From assembly GCA_000146045.2 (NCBI GenBank), contig BK006945.2, forward strand, positions 992,001 to 1,056,000: a DNA stretch of 64,000 bases, written 5' to 3'. This DNA is from TPA_inf: Saccharomyces. Lineage: Eukaryota. Every line of letters starts with the position of its first letter. Positions within the stretch are counted from its first letter, which is position 1. The translations under genes were made by a program, and so were the position numbers. This document shows, piece after piece, positions 60,768 through 64,000 of the stretch. Below the pieces are notes generated by a model that saw only the letters and a program-made list of their open reading frames with translations, ran no database searches and had not been told where the DNA came from.

Positions 60768-61628
60768 CGGAAAAGCGACTACTATTCAACTAATAATCAT
60801 CAATTTTTACTTCAAGAAAGCATAATAACGTCTGCATTTATGTGTGAGCAGGACTGAGCGATTCTGAGGGCACTTGTATTCACCAATTTGCAATAGCTGA
60901 TCTTTACAATCTGCATGTTCCGATAACAAAAATAACTTGTAGGATAAATCCTCAGAGTTACATCGGTGTGTCAGGGAATGAACAGATAAAAGAAATAACG
61001 TCGCACTGTAAAGTGAGTAGCAGCAAAATTAAACTATTCGGACATTTTAAAACCCTATCAGTCGCCTTGGATGATAACCTTATTTCAACCACCTATCAAT
61101 GAAAATGGCTTAAACTTCCCCAATTAAAAAACTCTGCAATAGCGTGTTGATTTCTTCCAGATTGATAGTTTGGTACAATACGGAAGAAACAAGGTCTCTC
61201 TCCATTTACATTACGGTAAGCTGTTCTTAATTGAACTTTGAAACATCCAATGGCGGGTAATAATTATAGTATTTTTCTTTTCTATTTTATTTATTTTTTT
61301 TTTTTTTTTTGATTTTCTAGAATAATCAATCAATGGTAAATAAACAAAAGTTGCTTCTGTTGTAAAAAATACATCAAAGGGGCTAAAATATCAATATACG
61401 TTTCGTTAAGTTCTGCAGAGAGATTTGGACATATCTATTTTTCTCTCAGATATTTGTTATTGCATATTGTGAGTTGACTACTGGTAAGCTTATATTGGAA
61501 GTTTCACAAGCATTCTTTTAGGACCTACAGTCGTTGCTCCTCCTGGCTTTTTTTCCCTTTTATTTTTTTCTGTTTTTACTTCCATTTCTTTTGTGATATT
61601 AGCTATCCCTGGTTTGGTCCGCAAGTTT

Positions 61629-62543
61629 ATGACAAAAGATATTAGAACAGGCGATTTAGTGTTATGCAAAGTTGGCTCGTTTCCACCTTGGCCAGCTGTA
61701 GTATTTCCACAGCGTTTGCTGCGAAACGATGTATATAGAAAGAGAAAATCCAATTGTGTTGCTGTTTGTTTTTTCAACGATCCAACTTATTATTGGGAAC
61801 AACCCAGTAGATTAAAGGAGCTAGATCAAGACAGCATTCACAATTTCATATTAGAACATAGTAAAAATGCAAACCAAAGGGAATTGGTCAATGCTTATAA
61901 GGAAGCAAAAAATTTTGATGATTTCAACGTATTTTTACAAGAAAAGTTTGAAGAAGAAAACAGGTTAAGTGATCTAAAAGCGTTTGAGAAAAGTGAAGGT
62001 TCTAAAATCGTTGCCGGAGAAGATCCCTTTGTAGGTCGAACAAAAGTAGTGAATAAAAGAAAAAAAAATTCAATATCCATCAAAGAAGATCCGGAAGATA
62101 ACCAGAAATCAAATGAAGAAGAAAGCAAACCGAACATCAAACCGTCCAAAAAAAAGAGACCCACAGCTAATTCGGGAGGAAAATCAAACAGTGGCAATAA
62201 AAAGAAAGTTAAATTAGACTATTCCAGAAGAGTAGAAATTTCACAGTTATTTCGCCGCAGGATTCAAAGAAATCTAATCCAGAGAGAAACACCTCCTACT
62301 GAGCATGAGATCAAGGAAACTCATGAACTATTAAATAGAATATATGAGAATTCTGACACCAAACGGCCCTTTTTTGATTTGAAGGCCCTACGCGAAAGCA
62401 AATTACACAAGCTACTGAAAGCAATTGTTAATGATCCTGACTTAGGCGAATTTCACCCACTTTGTAAAGAAATTTTACTGTCCTGGGCAGACCTAATCAC
62501 AGAACTGAAGAAAGAAAAGTTGCAAGCGCTACCTACGCCTTGA
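61629..62543 (+). CDS. PDP3: PWWP-domain protein Pdp3, a NuA3b histone acetyltransferase subunit and H3K36me3 reader, 304 aa.
   Basis: True ATG at 61629 (MTKDIRTGDLVLCKVGSFPPWPAVV, PWWP motif); the track ORF is 12 codons 5'-extended. Length is 304 aa. Confidence 0.88.
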   Translation: MTKDIRTGDLVLCKVGSFPPWPAVVFPQRLLRNDVYRKRKSNCVAVCFFNDPTYYWEQPSRLKELDQDSIHNFILEHSKNANQRELVNAYKEAKNFDDFNVFLQEKFEEENRLSDLKAFEKSEGSKIVAGEDPFVGRTKVVNKRKKNSISIKEDPEDNQKSNEEESKPNIKPSKKKRPTANSGGKSNSGNKKKVKLDYSRRVEISQLFRRRIQRNLIQRETPPTEHEIKETHELLNRIYENSDTKRPFFDLKALRESKLHKLLKAIVNDPDLGEFHPLCKEILLSWADLITELKKEKLQALPTP

Positions 62544-63069
62544 TAATAATACTTATTGAATCAATTCAATATATCAACGTTTCAATATCCAATATTGTTT
62601 CATTTCATTTCATTTCAAATAAACAGTGTTTTACCGTTTGTTTTGTTTCCCTTCTTTTTTTCATCAAATGGTAATATTAAATTGATTTAATTATCCATCC
62701 ATAAAAATTGTATTAATAAGTCATACACGTAATGTCACAACAAAATATCAGGCGTACTCTTGTGACGTACCAAAGCGCTTAGAAACGATAAAGGCCCGGG
62801 ACAGAAATTTAAACGTCACAAGTGGGTGCAGCCCAGTTAACACTAATGTTAACGCACTTCTAGATACCTCATATATATAAATATTATCTAGAATTTCAAA
62901 TTTGATATTCCTTTTCTATACTGAATAAACGATAAATACGAAGTTCAGAGTGCGAAAATTAGGGTTGCAGGCGTCTGATCTGAAAAACGTATAATTGATA
63001 GTGAAAATTATGCAACATTCTGCAAAGGAAAGTAAACCTTAAAAAAACAAATCTCTCAAGCCTTTAAAG

Positions 63070-63684
63070 ATGAAACTCAATGAACAAATACCAAAAGACC
63101 TGTTACGCCTGATTAAAAGTTCCAAGTATGTTCATGTGGCGACATGCTCGTCAAATTGTATACCATCTGTTTCGTTGATGCATTACATATTTGTTTCATC
63201 CGCGGAAACTTTCCATAAACATGAGTATAGTATAGAAATAGATTGTAATGACTATATTATATTCACAGTGTTCGAGAAATCAGTAACCTTTCGTAATGTC
63301 ATGAGCAACCCAAACGTTGCATTGCTATTTCACGATTGGATCACAGCTAAAAATTTAACTCTTCGAAAAAAAAGCGTCCATAGTAAAGATGATTTTTCAT
63401 TTGTTGAGTCAGAGTCTACAAAATTTAACAACTTTTTACGAGATTTGAACCAAAGTGAATTGAATCAAGTGAGCGCTACTATCAATGGTATTGCTGATAT
63501 TGTGAACCCTAATAGTGAAGAATCTACTTATTATAGGCGGTTGTTATTAACAGTCAATCCAGACGCAGATATTTTTATACTAGGAGAAGATACAGCCATA
63601 ATAAAGGTAAATATACAAAAAATAAAAGTCTCTGACATGGAAAATAATACTTCTACATACGGCCAAACAGTACAACCAGTTTAA
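63070..63684 (+). CDS. YLR456W: Putative pyridoxamine 5'-phosphate oxidase-like protein of unknown function, 204 aa.
   Basis: 204-aa ORF with ATG at 63070. Length and position match YLR456W. Confidence 0.8.
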   Translation: MKLNEQIPKDLLRLIKSSKYVHVATCSSNCIPSVSLMHYIFVSSAETFHKHEYSIEIDCNDYIIFTVFEKSVTFRNVMSNPNVALLFHDWITAKNLTLRKKSVHSKDDFSFVESESTKFNNFLRDLNQSELNQVSATINGIADIVNPNSEESTYYRRLLLTVNPDADIFILGEDTAIIKVNIQKIKVSDMENNTSTYGQTVQPV

Positions 63685-64000
63685 CGGAAATATGATGAAA
63701 ACTATGTGTACTCTAATTATTATATAAAGCATCTATAAAATGAATCATGAGGATTAGGCCGTGATCTTCGCGCTCCATATATGGAGAATACTTTTAATTT
63801 CACAGGAGAAATTAAGATAAATAACTTGAAAAGTCCACTGAGATTGGTGAAAGTGTTTCATCCTCTTTTTCAGTTTCCCTTGAACGATAGGGTGGAGTGG
63901 GACAGGCGGGAGATATGTTTTCCTGTAACGGCTGCATCTCTGGTATATTTCCATCCCGATTATATGTTTTCATGGGGCTGGAAGTGAATAATGAATTCGT

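Noticed and set aside
63754-64000. Possible 3' end of the next gene (NBP1/YLR457C) at the window edge
   Set aside because: The 66-aa minus ORF at 63754-63954 has an in-frame stop just upstream, at the complement of 63970-63972. It is therefore a closed small ORF, not the tail of a long CDS. Nothing supports calling NBP1 within the window.

Overview
This window is nuclear DNA from Saccharomyces cerevisiae, recognised from memory rather than searched. It is the right arm of chromosome XII, running from the 3' part of CRN1 (YLR429W) through YLR456W. Every large ORF in the six-frame track matches the known length of a yeast gene. The window is gene-dense, with 27 protein-coding genes. Two of them carry a spliceosomal intron: GMC2 and the ribosomal protein gene RPL6B. 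It also holds one tRNA-Ile(AAU) gene, whose 5' flank carries a solo Ty1 delta LTR and a truncated second delta. There are no rRNA genes, no CRISPR arrays and no obvious foreign DNA. The ORF track evidently accepts non-ATG starts: the track 'M' at 10524 is a GTG and the one at 20411 is a TTG. Several track ORFs are therefore 5'-extended, so I give the true ATG starts for IMD3, TSR2, CAR2, LEU3 and PDP3. Because every ORF matches a known gene, I found no sign of an inserted novel system. The most interesting sequence-level signals are a GC-rich, NotI-containing, hairpin-rich island in the VMA6-RPL6B intergenic region, a GC-rich repeat and palindrome cluster in the DIF1-CAR2 divergent promoter, non-consensus splice signals in the meiotic GMC2 intron, and the tRNA/LTR cluster. 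Gene order is conserved with whole-genome-duplication sister regions.
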